DNA of 64,000 bases from Vicinamibacteria bacterium. Lineage in GTDB: Bacteria > Acidobacteriota > Vicinamibacteria > Vicinamibacterales > UBA8438. Position 1 is the first letter of the stretch; each line of letters opens with the position of its first letter. This document shows, one piece after another, positions 28,261-37,839 of this stretch. A model generated the notes under the pieces. That model did no database searches. It was given only the letters and a program-made list of their open reading frames with translations, and had not been told where the DNA came from. The position numbers and the translations under genes are program-made. The stretch lies in the NCBI GenBank assembly GCA_963578805.1, contig CAUZDY010000014.1, positions 514-64,513 on the forward strand, read 5' to 3'.

Positions 28261-29448
28261 CTACTCGCTGAACTCCTTCGCAAGATCAAACCACTCCCCG
28301 TCCGGCGCCAGCCGTTGGTAAGAACGCCAGTGCTGTTTGGCTTCGCGTGATCGCCCCATCTTCTCAAGTGTGACCGCTAGATAGAAATGGCCGTCCGCGT
28401 AGGTCGGATTGAGACCTAGGGAACTGTGGTAGTAGCTCATCGCCTCCTGATACCGACCGAGATCGTGGTGGATATTACCGAGGTTGAAATGGGCCTCGAA
28501 ACATTCGGAGTCGAGCATCAGCGCCCGACCGTAGAGCGCCTGTGCTTCGACAAGATCGTCGTTCGCGTAGTGCAGGTTAGCTAAGTTGACGATCGCGGGG
28601 ACGAGGTTGGGGTCCAGGAGCAGAGCTTTGCGATAGGCCACGCGCGATCGCTCGCGGTCAGCCTCGCCCCCTTCATCCAGCGCGGAGCCCTCCAAGAAGA
28701 AACGCGCCGCCAGTGCCACCTGCTCGCTATCGGCAGCAGGAATTGCCGTCACAGGCACCGTAATCTTCGTGGCCTTTCTCCGTCTGAGCGCCACAACCTT
28801 GGCCGGACGAGCCTCACTACGAACCGAGCTAAAGTCTAGTGCCAACTGGCCTTCTCTGGCCGCCAGACGCCGCCGCACTGCTCCCTGAAACGAGCTATCT
28901 TGCTCCAGCTCGTCGTGTATCTGTTTGATGACGGCGACATCAGTGAAGCTGTAGTAGGTGTCGATGTCTGTACGAGTCACCGGACGGATAAGACCCCATT
29001 TCTCTAGATGACGCAACTGGGGCTCTCGAATCAACGGATATCGCTCCCGGATTTGGCGAAGGCCGTGATAGAGGCGCTCTAGAGACTCACTGGACGGCAG
29101 CGCCGCTCGCTGACAAAACTCGGCCTCGCTCAGAATCTGAATGCGGCCAGGAGAGTGAGCGTTGACCGCCTCGGCCTTCTTAAGCTTGTGGCTTGCGCCG
29201 GCAGCAGTCTCTGACGTCGAGCCTGGCGAGTCGACAAGTTTCTGTGTACGCGCCGAGCCCCCGGCACCAATAACGAGCATCGTGGTGCGTGTCGTGATTT
29301 CGTCGTCAGCTACCCCACCCTGCTGCTGGACCACGGCATGTGCTTTGCGCCGCCCGACGGCTGCGAGCTTGCCGGTAAAGACAACCACTTGATCAGAGAA
29401 TGCCGAAACCAGTGACGTTCGATCGCCGTGCACGGATACCTGCGTCAT
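28261..29448 (-). CDS. BRCT + MerR-like HTH + TPR protein
   Basis: VVVFTGKL...GG...ITTRTTMLVIG (BRCT); QLRHLEKWGLIRP...YYSFTDV (HTH); AHFNLGNIHHDLGRYQEA repeats (TPR). Confidence 0.85.
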   Translation of the reverse strand: MTQVSVHGDRTSLVSAFSDQVVVFTGKLAAVGRRKAHAVVQQQGGVADDEITTRTTMLVIGAGGSARTQKLVDSPGSTSETAAGASHKLKKAEAVNAHSPGRIQILSEAEFCQRAALPSSESLERLYHGLRQIRERYPLIREPQLRHLEKWGLIRPVTRTDIDTYYSFTDVAVIKQIHDELEQDSSFQGAVRRRLAAREGQLALDFSSVRSEARPAKVVALRRRKATKITVPVTAIPAADSEQVALAARFFLEGSALDEGGEADRERSRVAYRKALLLDPNLVPAIVNLANLHYANDDLVEAQALYGRALMLDSECFEAHFNLGNIHHDLGRYQEAMSYYHSSLGLNPTYADGHFYLAVTLEKMGRSREAKQHWRSYQRLAPDGEWFDLAKEFSE

Positions 29449-29817
29449 GCTCGTGGATACAACGAGTGAGAGGAGTGCAAACCGTTGGAAAGATGCTTGA
29501 GAATGAATGCGAAGTCAAGTCGGTTAGTACCTGACCTCGCCCCTCGATCCTGCTGCTCACGGCCAGGCGCCATTACCGGACCGGTGAAGAAACTCACTGT
29601 TCCGCCCCTTCGCCTTTGTGCCCTGAATAGGTTGCGTGTTGTCGGAATTGTACTCCCTGAACGTTCGAACTCATGTTAGCCGCCAGTTTTCCTAGGAAGA
29701 TACGTCAATGCTCAACGCAGTCACGCTTGGCTTCGTCGCCCAGCCAGCCATACTCTTCGGATCACTGGCATGCTGAGGGGGGCGTCATCAGGCCGACCAA
29801 CGCCGAGATGAATATCA

Positions 29818-30233
29818 ATGGCGACTAGCAGTTGACGTCTTGGAGTTGTGGCCAGTGTGGCATTTGCATGGATTCTATTTAGCCAGCACTCGGCAATGGT
29901 GGTGGCACAGACTAATCTCGTGAGGGCGCACCCAGTCGACCAGATGCATCGGACATGCGACTAGTTCGCCTCAGGTTTGAGCCGAGTTCTCGGTCCAATG
30001 GGCACAGTCACTCAAACTGGCAGATCTTGATGTCTGAAGAGGGTCGTGGTCGCACACAGATTCGCGGTGAAGAGATCGTGGAACTAGTGCCAGGCCGGCC
30101 AATTCACTCTGGAACGAACGTCGTACATTGACACGGTGTAGGTCCAGACGAGCACATGGTACAAATGACTTTTGTCAGCGGGGAGACTAGTTGGGAAGAA
30201 CCAGTCTCCGACGATGACTACTTGGGGCGATAG
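29818..30233 (+). pseudogene. Cupin-domain gene with a frameshift and premature TGA stops
   Basis: RLRFEPSSRSNGHSH...QIL...VH*HGVGP...WEEPVSDDDY. TGA 30129-30131 replaces the W of HWHG; there is another TGA and a frameshift near the 5' end. Confidence 0.75.
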
Positions 30234-30326
30234 CTTCGTCTAGACGTGCCTAGTCAGTAATAACTCTCTCGGCGATGGCACGGCGGAGTGCATTGACGCT
30301 TGTTGAACAACGCCCCTGGGCGGCAG

Positions 30327-31337
30327 TTATCTTGCGGCTTCTTCGGCTGCAATTTCTTCAAGCCGTGCGCCACGGAGAATGGTGGCCATGCTGTAATTGC
30401 CTTCGTGGCACGCGTACTCGTAGACGTCGTCTGGGTTCTTTCTCATGGGAACCTCCATGGTCCATGGGCCTGTCCAGATTTCTGGATTTTCAATTGTCAC
30501 TTCGTAGTTCAGTGTGTCGGCGTCTACACGAGTGAAGCGTTCGATTAGATGCATCGCCGGCCCTGATCCGTTCAGGCTTGTTTCCTGCCTGAAATTAGTT
30601 GTGTCAACCACGAGGGTATTGTTATCCCATCGGCCGCTGGAATCTCCGGCCCACTGTCGGATGGTTCCATGCGAGCGGCCATCCAGTGGGACGATGCGTG
30701 CGTTGTGAACCATCTCGTTCAGAATCACGACGTAGTCAGCCGTTTGAAATAGTTGAATGTTGTTGTTGTAGGCACTGGGCACCATTGGCGGGCCAGCATT
30801 GAACCCCATAATGCACCGGTCGCCCACACCGCGGTCATCTGGTTTGTCCGCCAGAGGGCGTCCACGCTGCTCTTCGCGGCCAATCTCTCTCGCCGCGTCC
30901 ATGTATCTCTGGCCGTTAGGCGTCAAGGGAGGAAACCGGCCGTTGGGCGGATCGATGATCAGTGACGTTCGTCTCGTTCCAATGACATTTACCCCCCGGT
31001 CGTACCAGAACTCATTGTAGGGAACCACTCCACCGTCTCCTTCCGCAGCGTAATTGAGTCCGCCCGCTTCCGAATCGATGAGATCCCGATTCACGCGACG
31101 ACTCTCTGCGACTGCGAAGGCTGCCGCCTCCTCCTCTGTCAAGGTCGCTTTGTCAGCCAGTTCCTCCGGACGTTCCATGGGTGTGATCGTTCGAAAATCC
31201 CAGACCCCTTGGAGATCGGGGTCGCCCCAGGCCGTCAGGGGTTGTGTGCCCTGCGCCAGTGCAGAATATGGCACAACACTGATCGTCGCGATTACAAGTA
31301 CCCATGCAGCCAAAAACAACAAGCCTTGACGGAGCAT
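30327..31337 (-). CDS. Conserved hypothetical secreted protein (paralog of 1-554)
   Basis: Signal peptide; WGDPDLQGVW, EFWYD, DRCIMG, GDSSGRWDNNTLVVDTTNF and YEYACHEGNY; GGAGG SD. Confidence 0.85.
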   Translation of the reverse strand: MLRQGLLFLAAWVLVIATISVVPYSALAQGTQPLTAWGDPDLQGVWDFRTITPMERPEELADKATLTEEEAAAFAVAESRRVNRDLIDSEAGGLNYAAEGDGGVVPYNEFWYDRGVNVIGTRRTSLIIDPPNGRFPPLTPNGQRYMDAAREIGREEQRGRPLADKPDDRGVGDRCIMGFNAGPPMVPSAYNNNIQLFQTADYVVILNEMVHNARIVPLDGRSHGTIRQWAGDSSGRWDNNTLVVDTTNFRQETSLNGSGPAMHLIERFTRVDADTLNYEVTIENPEIWTGPWTMEVPMRKNPDDVYEYACHEGNYSMATILRGARLEEIAAEEAAR

Positions 31338-31573
31338 TACAACCTCCTCTGTGTCTAATGTGAAACCTTACGATACAAGAAAAGCCCGGCGGACGGTTAC
31401 GTTTAGTCGGCGGTAGCGAATTTAAATGCCTAGTAACCCAATCGACCAGTTGTTCATCCTGAAGTTAAAATTCGTCACGCTCAACATCGGAGGTGGCACT
31501 ACCGGTCCGGTTCGTGCCGATGACCGGCGAGACACAGGGGTTAGGTGACAATACTTAACGGTGCGAGCGCCGT

Positions 31574-32653
31574 TCAGGTCGTCGGGACCGCAGGCGCGAC
31601 AGTCTGGTAGCTCGCGATCGAGACCTGCGCAGCGCTACGTTCCGCGATGTGCAAGAACGCCTTCGATGCGGGTGACTCCGGATCGGATACGACGAGAGGC
31701 GTCCCGATGTCGCTGCCGACCCGAATCGGTTTGTAAATCGGAATCTGACCCAGGAACGAGACCCCAAACTCGTCAGCCATCCGCTCACCACCACCTTTCC
31801 CAAAAATATCGCTCTCGTGCTGGCACCCCGGGCAAACGTAGTGGCTCATGTTCTCGACGAGCCCCAGAATTGGGATTTCTAATTTCTTGTACATGGCAAT
31901 CGCGCGACGACTATCCGCCAGTGACACCGTCTGCGGGGTCGTCACCACGATCGCGCCGGACACCGGCACCGTCTGGCTGAGACTTAGAGCCACATCTCCG
32001 GTCCCTGGCGGCATGTCGATGACGAGATAGTCGAGCTCACCCCAACGTACATCCTGAAAAAACTGCTTTACGACGCCGTGCAACATTGGACCGCGCCAGA
32101 TGATCGGCGCATCGGGGCTAGTCAGGAAACCCATCGAGACGACCTGCAGGCCGTATTTATCCGCCGGCACAATTTGCTTGCCGTCACTCTCTAATTGTCC
32201 CTCGATCCCGAGCATGATCGGAATATTGGGCCCATAGACATCTCCGTCAATCAGCCCGACGCGACCACCGTAGCGGGCAAGTGCCACTGCGAGGTTGACG
32301 GCGACCGTCGTCTTGCCAACCCCACCCTTTCCAGCGCCGACTGCGATGATGTTCTTAACACCTGGAATCGGTGCTCTGCCAGCTTGCGGGGTCAGTGCCG
32401 AACGCACACTCGCCGTCATCGTCACGTCGACACTCGCGACTCCACTGAGCGCTAAGACCGCCGCTTGAGCCTGATCCCTCATCTCATCCTTGACCGGACA
32501 CGCCGGGGTTGTCAGCTCAATCGCGAACGACACGTGATCGCCATCGATGACAAGGTCCTTGACGAAATCCAGGCTCACGATGTCTCGACCTAAATCGGGA
32601 TCGGTCACCGACTTGAGTGCCTGCAAAACGTTGGTATCTGAAACAGAAGACAT
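31574..32653 (-). CDS. mrp: Mrp/NBP35 (ApbC) Fe-S carrier ATPase with N-terminal DUF59
   Basis: DPDLGRDIV, TTPACP, GKGGVGKTT, DMPPGTGD and ENMSHYVCPGC. Confidence 0.95.
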   Translation of the reverse strand: MSSVSDTNVLQALKSVTDPDLGRDIVSLDFVKDLVIDGDHVSFAIELTTPACPVKDEMRDQAQAAVLALSGVASVDVTMTASVRSALTPQAGRAPIPGVKNIIAVGAGKGGVGKTTVAVNLAVALARYGGRVGLIDGDVYGPNIPIMLGIEGQLESDGKQIVPADKYGLQVVSMGFLTSPDAPIIWRGPMLHGVVKQFFQDVRWGELDYLVIDMPPGTGDVALSLSQTVPVSGAIVVTTPQTVSLADSRRAIAMYKKLEIPILGLVENMSHYVCPGCQHESDIFGKGGGERMADEFGVSFLGQIPIYKPIRVGSDIGTPLVVSDPESPASKAFLHIAERSAAQVSIASYQTVAPAVPTT

Positions 32654-32662
32654 GGGTCGGTC

Positions 32663-33310
32663 TTACTGAATGGCGATGTGGAGCTCGACGCGAGTCTCGG
32701 CCGCAAACGGTGGCGTCACCGAAAACTTGAGACATTCACCGTGGCGAACGCCGGGCGGAATTGAGAAATGGAGTTGGTGGAACAAACGGCCGGTCCCCAT
32801 CCCAGCGCACAGGCCGCAGGACTCCGTCCCGATCTCTCCTCGACCACCACACACAGGACAAGTGGGTCTAACCGAGAGATGAAACGGTATCCGAACACCC
32901 TCGAAAGCCTCAGTCTGGGTCAGCTCGATATGAGCCGTGTGGGTTTCGCCGACCTCGGCCTCGGTGTTGAAGAACGCCGCCCTCATCCGCGGCACGATGC
33001 AGGCAATGGTCGCCATTGACGGAAAATTGTTGGCGACGTCATCATTAACAGTCGGGACGCGGTCACGCACAGCCCATACACCCTCGGAGGATGAGGGACT
33101 CTGCGTCGCAGTACGTAGCGCATCGTACGTCTGTCGGCGCCCCGAATCACTCAGAGTGTCATAGTCGCGCTGAATCTCAGTCAGATCAGAAGTGGACGCG
33201 TCCCGCCGAGACTCCCGGTGGGTACGTCTCGCCATTGACCAATAGGCTTTTCGGATTTCGCCGAGGTCCGCGTATCGCGAAACTCCAAGAACTCGGTGGT
33301 AACTCGACAT
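32663..33310 (-). CDS. J-domain-like protein with partial DnaJ zinc finger (HPD degenerate)
   Basis: YHRVLGVSRYADLGEIRKAY...THRE...YDTLSDSGRRQTYD; CPVCGGRG and CGLCAGMG; IPPGVRHG. Confidence 0.75.
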   Translation of the reverse strand: MSSYHRVLGVSRYADLGEIRKAYWSMARRTHRESRRDASTSDLTEIQRDYDTLSDSGRRQTYDALRTATQSPSSSEGVWAVRDRVPTVNDDVANNFPSMATIACIVPRMRAAFFNTEAEVGETHTAHIELTQTEAFEGVRIPFHLSVRPTCPVCGGRGEIGTESCGLCAGMGTGRLFHQLHFSIPPGVRHGECLKFSVTPPFAAETRVELHIAIQ

Positions 33311-33318
33311 GGGATTTT

Positions 33319-33347
33319 ACGATAGGGTCGGTTTAGGTTGTTGTCAA
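33319..33347 (-). promoter_or_regulatory. Sigma70 promoter TTGACA-17-TATCGT for the J-protein/mrp operon
   Basis: Consensus -35, 17-nt spacer, -10 ending 8 nt before the ATG; no SD. Confidence 0.55.
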
Positions 33348-33421
33348 GGATAGCAACGGCCCAAACATCTGCGTGACCCAACTCCGCTTCGTGGGTAAAG
33401 AGAAACAGCAGGAACCACCAG

Positions 33422-33643
33422 CTACTGGGCTCCTAGGCTGTGCAGCATTTCGCGTCTGACCTCGGCGTCAGCCTCGCGAAGATCCAGCTCAGACTCACAT
33501 TCATCGCACAACACTTCGAGAACAGCCGGCCTGTCCTCTTCCGAAACACCGATATGCTTGCCGTCCACCTGGATGACATGCATCTGCAGCGTCTTAACTT
33601 GAAAGCTCTCCTCGTTACCGCAATTCTGGCAGATGAGCCCCAT
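33422..33643 (-). CDS. Small zinc-ribbon-like protein
   Basis: 73 aa; CQNC...CDEC; GAGAGGGG SD. Confidence 0.75.
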   Translation of the reverse strand: MGLICQNCGNEESFQVKTLQMHVIQVDGKHIGVSEEDRPAVLEVLCDECESELDLREADAEVRREMLHSLGAQ

Positions 33644-33852
33644 CGTGTATAACCCCTCTCGGCTTTGAGCTTTGATCACAAGCCAAATTACGATTGTACG
33701 GGATGCCATTAGAGTGACGCAAATGGCGCGCGGCCCGTCATCAGGACTAGTTGCAGCGCTTGAGAAGGGTTGCGCGGACCGCTTGCAGTCGGCTAGCACC
33801 GACCAACGGCGCTGTTGTAGGATCAGGCTGTTAAGTGGTTCATAGCGGCTTG

Positions 33853-34050
33853 ATGATGAATAGTATCCGCACTTTCACCGTTCACTGCGAGCAGCGATCT
33901 GGGCACTGGACCTCGTGGGTCACCGCCGACGACAAGACAACGGTGGCCGGGTCGGTAGTCCTTGTTGGCCAAACTCAAGAAGAAGCTGAGATCAACGCCC
34001 GCCAATGGGCGGATAGGCTTGCGGCCGACCCGCGATTGCTCCGAGACTAG
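33853..34050 (+). CDS. Small hypothetical protein
   Basis: Protein-like composition (FTVHCEQRSGHWTSWV...GQTQEEAEINARQWA); divergent from 33643. Confidence 0.6.
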   Translation: MMNSIRTFTVHCEQRSGHWTSWVTADDKTTVAGSVVLVGQTQEEAEINARQWADRLAADPRLLRD

Positions 34051-34091
34051 CTCCGCTCTATCACTGCCACACGCTGTTCTCGCGATCGTCC

Positions 34092-34295
34092 TCACTCAGC
34101 TCTCTGTTCCACCATTAGCCGCGTATCGAGCTCCCCAAGCTCGTTAAGATCGATTACATACTCAACCCAATGATGGTCAAGATGGCAGTGGGGGTCACTC
34201 CCTTCGAGCGACACCATCTCTACCTCCAAGACCGGCGCTCGGTAATCGGCGACCACACACCCACACGGTAGCGCCATCAACATCGGCAACTCCAA
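34092..34295 (-). CDS. Small hypothetical protein with LPCGC and PHC...H motifs
   Basis: 67 aa; fills the gap downstream of addA. Confidence 0.5.
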   Translation of the reverse strand: MELPMLMALPCGCVVADYRAPVLEVEMVSLEGSDPHCHLDHHWVEYVIDLNELGELDTRLMVEQRAE

Positions 34296-34392
34296 CGGAA
34301 ACGAATCTTACAAGACTACGGAGATAGGTCTCTTCATTACCGATCTCCGACCGTGGATCGGGCAGATGCTCTAGCGATTATTTAGCTCCCAA

Positions 34393-37300
34393 TCACGTCC
34401 GGTTGATTTCCAGTGGTGCGTACACGATTCGGCCGTCGATGCTCGCGCCAGGAAACATCACTCGAGCCGCGGCCATATAGGCTTGCAGTTGCCGACCGTG
34501 CTCGGGTCGAGCGGCACCGGTCTTGAACTCAAACACCGTCACCCGGTTATCTCGGTCTCTGACCAAGCAATCGATCGTGCCGGTGGCGATCTCGACAACA
34601 CCTGATCTTGACGGTGACGATGGGTCGTGAAAGGAGAACGGCACCTCGAACAAGAAATCCCGATCGCGTATTAAAGCCAACTCAGGATCCTCACAGAGTC
34701 GCTGGTAGACCCCTATCGACCGATGGGTCAGCTGCTCAATCGTTTCGGAACAAAGCGGTAGCTCTAGCTGCAGCCGCTGGGTGGCAAAGGCGGAGACGAC
34801 CGAATCAGGAACGATACGACCAAGAAAACGCTGTAAAAGCTGATGCACGACCCGTCCAGAAAGCCGTCTGTGTTCGGTTTTGTCTGGAGTAAGCGAGTCC
34901 GTATCGGCGCCGTGGATGTAAGGACCGGCGTCAGGACTCACGGACACCGTGACCGCCTGGCGTGTCACTCTCCCGCGTTGACCGACAGGGGTCAAATCGA
35001 CCTCAACGGTCGATGTCCGATTCTGACCGGAATCGATTCCGAACGGTGTTGGGGGATGATCTCCGACGGCAGGCGACAATGCCCGCAGCTCATGAATAAG
35101 GCCAGCCGGGCCTCGCCACTGGACGACATCGACCTGGGGATCGGCAGCGGCTTCAAACATGCCCGCAAAGCCATTTGGCAATACCTCCCCAACGCTCCCG
35201 CGATTGAATGCGGCGGTACCGTCGCTGAGGACCGTAGAGAGATACAGCCGGTCCCTCGCTCGAGTTGAGGCGACGTAGAGCAGACGCTTTGTCTCTTCCA
35301 CGTCACGCCAGCGCTCTTCCTCATCAGCATCCGAACGATACGGCCACACGGTGACCGACGGCTGACTGTCGGCCTGGCCTGTCACTACCCTCACGGCGGG
35401 CGTGTGTGCCCCGGTACCGCGACCAAGATCCACAAGAAAAACCACTGGGAACTCAAGCCCCTTTGCCGCATGGACAGTCATCAGGTGGACGGCATCAAAC
35501 GCTTCGACGACCGCCGTCGAAATATCACTTGAGAGGTGGTCGACCTGCTCGGCCACACGGGCCATTGTCGCGTAGCCGCGATTCTGCAGCTTCCGGATCA
35601 GTGTGCGCATCTTCTTCAAGTTCTCTCGCGCCTGCGCAACATGCGGACCATTCAGTTCTTGAGTGTATGCGGCGTCCAGTAGTACTCGGTCAATGACCTC
35701 CGCTGGCGGGAGTCGGTCGACGAGGTCGAGCCAATCGTGCAGGCCCTGGCGCAGAGCGTGCAGTCGTGCCGCGTCGTCCGGCGGCAACTGACCCACCCCG
35801 TCCGGGACAACGTCATCTATCAGCGACTCGGACAAACGACCAGCGAGCGCGACCAGCGCGGGATCGGACAGCCTGGCGAACCGTGATCGGAGTAGCGCAG
35901 CAGCTCTGAGCTCAGACGCTGGGTTCGCCAAGAAACGAACCAGGGCACGAAGATCCTTGATCTCGTCAACGTCGAAGAACCCGAGCCCCTTGTAGACATA
36001 TGTCGGAATTGAACGTTGCTCGAGCGCACGGTCGAACTCCCGGTGGCTTTGGCGAGCCCTAAACAGGATCGCTATGTCACCAGGCCGGATTGCTCGCTCT
36101 CTTAAACCATCTACAGACCGTACTCGCTCTTCGCTAAACAGACGCTCGATCTCACACGCCACCATCGATGCGCAGGTCTCAACATCATCGGCAACTGCAA
36201 CTCCAAGTGGTCGAGTAGAAACAGGATTTCCGTCGGTCGGCTCTGCCGGAAGAGCTGTGTCCGCCGGGTCGTGGGTCTGGAGCGGGAAACGGTCGTGAGA
36301 TTCATACGTAAACCCATCTGACCGCTCGGACACCATCGCGATCGCCTCAAAAAGATCATTCACGAAGCTCAACAGTCCTGGCACCGCGCGAAAACTGTGG
36401 GCAATCGACCGACGCACCTCGTCACCGGGACGAAGCGACGCAATTTCTCGAACAGCAGTATGGAAGACCGAACCGTCCGCGTCGCGAAATCTGTAGATCG
36501 ACTGTTTCCGGTCGCCAACAATAAAGACGGTCGGCGGCACAGGGGCCTCGTCGACCAGTCCGCTCCCCTCGCCCCAGGCCTTTACCAATAGAGATACAAG
36601 CTCCCATTGGGCGCGGCTCGTGTCCTGAAACTCGTCGATTAATACGTGCTGGTAGCGAGATTCGAGACGATACCGCGAGCGCGCGAATTCATCCATCTGT
36701 TGGAGTAATTCGATGGCTCTCTGGAGCACGTCAGAAAAATCCAGCTGCGCCCTCGCCTCCAGCTCCCGCTGATACTCGGAAACGGTAACACCAAACAACC
36801 GCTGAACCGCCCGGACCATTACGACGTTTACGTCGCGGTCGAACCTGTACATGACATCGCGCACGTGTAATGCCACCGCCGTGGCGGCCTCGCGGTACGT
36901 CCGTTTCGCCAGAGCCGAAAGCGTCCCGCTAGAACTGAAGTCGCGACGTGGCATGCCTCGCTGCGTCAGGAAGAACTCGCGAATACGATCCAGACTTCCC
37001 CGTGCCACGCCTGGATCGAAATCAGTCAGAGTGGCAATGCGCTGGAAATCCCGTGCGACGATCGAAAACGTCGCATCGTCGCCGGGACCCACCGCGAGCA
37101 TCAAATCGAGCTGACGGCGGTCCCCTGTTATCCAGTCGGTCAATTGGTGACACGCATCGCCACACACCCCGTCCATTGTGCGCGCATGTGGCGCCGCAGT
37201 CAGGAAGCGGTGAAGGGCTGTCGGCACGACGAGCCGGCGCTCGAGCAGTGCGGCCAACGCGGTATGCGTGCGCCGGTGACCGAGCCGAGCCAGCAAAGCG

Positions 37301-37839
37301 GCCACACCCGAATCGTTTCTTGCCAGCCTGGCGCCGATCGTCAGTGCTCGCTCGACGGCAGCCTGAACGAGCTGAGGGACTTCAGTCTCATCCGCGAGGC
37401 TGAATCCTGGGTCCAGGTCTGCTTCTAATGGAAACTCACGGAGTAAGGCCAGACAGAAGGCATCTACCGTACTAATTGAAATCTCCCCAAGGCGATCTCG
37501 AAGCACGTTCCAACGTGTGCGTGCAGACGATGACTGTGCCGCATCCGACCGTAGCTGCGCGATGATTCTCCCGCGCATTTCCGCAGCGGCCTGGCGGGTA
37601 AACGTCATCGCCAGAACGTTGACCGGCTCGACATCCGCACGGAGCAAGTTTAAATAGCGCTCCACAAGCACCGACGTCTTACCAGTGCCGGCCGACGCTT
37701 CGAGCACTACGTTATGATGGGGATCGGTAGCAAAATCACGGGCGGCACGATCGGATAACTGCGATTTCAGAGCCGATTCGTCGCGACCGCGATCCGGGCC
37801 GGAAAATAACGACGACTGGCGATCACTCTTCTCCGACAT
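34393..37839 (-). CDS. addA: AddA-like UvrD helicase-nuclease
   Basis: LEASAGTGKT, LIDEFQDTS, VGDRKQSIYRFR, MTVHAAKGLEFP, LYVASTRARD; C-terminal GTID...EFKTG nuclease. Confidence 0.92.
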   Translation of the reverse strand: MSEKSDRQSSLFSGPDRGRDESALKSQLSDRAARDFATDPHHNVVLEASAGTGKTSVLVERYLNLLRADVEPVNVLAMTFTRQAAAEMRGRIIAQLRSDAAQSSSARTRWNVLRDRLGEISISTVDAFCLALLREFPLEADLDPGFSLADETEVPQLVQAAVERALTIGARLARNDSGVAALLARLGHRRTHTALAALLERRLVVPTALHRFLTAAPHARTMDGVCGDACHQLTDWITGDRRQLDLMLAVGPGDDATFSIVARDFQRIATLTDFDPGVARGSLDRIREFFLTQRGMPRRDFSSSGTLSALAKRTYREAATAVALHVRDVMYRFDRDVNVVMVRAVQRLFGVTVSEYQRELEARAQLDFSDVLQRAIELLQQMDEFARSRYRLESRYQHVLIDEFQDTSRAQWELVSLLVKAWGEGSGLVDEAPVPPTVFIVGDRKQSIYRFRDADGSVFHTAVREIASLRPGDEVRRSIAHSFRAVPGLLSFVNDLFEAIAMVSERSDGFTYESHDRFPLQTHDPADTALPAEPTDGNPVSTRPLGVAVADDVETCASMVACEIERLFSEERVRSVDGLRERAIRPGDIAILFRARQSHREFDRALEQRSIPTYVYKGLGFFDVDEIKDLRALVRFLANPASELRAAALLRSRFARLSDPALVALAGRLSESLIDDVVPDGVGQLPPDDAARLHALRQGLHDWLDLVDRLPPAEVIDRVLLDAAYTQELNGPHVAQARENLKKMRTLIRKLQNRGYATMARVAEQVDHLSSDISTAVVEAFDAVHLMTVHAAKGLEFPVVFLVDLGRGTGAHTPAVRVVTGQADSQPSVTVWPYRSDADEEERWRDVEETKRLLYVASTRARDRLYLSTVLSDGTAAFNRGSVGEVLPNGFAGMFEAAADPQVDVVQWRGPAGLIHELRALSPAVGDHPPTPFGIDSGQNRTSTVEVDLTPVGQRGRVTRQAVTVSVSPDAGPYIHGADTDSLTPDKTEHRRLSGRVVHQLLQRFLGRIVPDSVVSAFATQRLQLELPLCSETIEQLTHRSIGVYQRLCEDPELALIRDRDFLFEVPFSFHDPSSPSRSGVVEIATGTIDCLVRDRDNRVTVFEFKTGAARPEHGRQLQAYMAAARVMFPGASIDGRIVYAPLEINRT

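Noticed and set aside
30129-30131. Selenocysteine readthrough of the TGA in the cupin gene (selC is nearby)
   Set aside because: The codon aligns to the conserved Trp of HWHG rather than to Cys, and the gene has other lesions.
31428-31550. 41-codon ORF MPSNPIDQLF...
   Set aside because: No SD, motif or other support.
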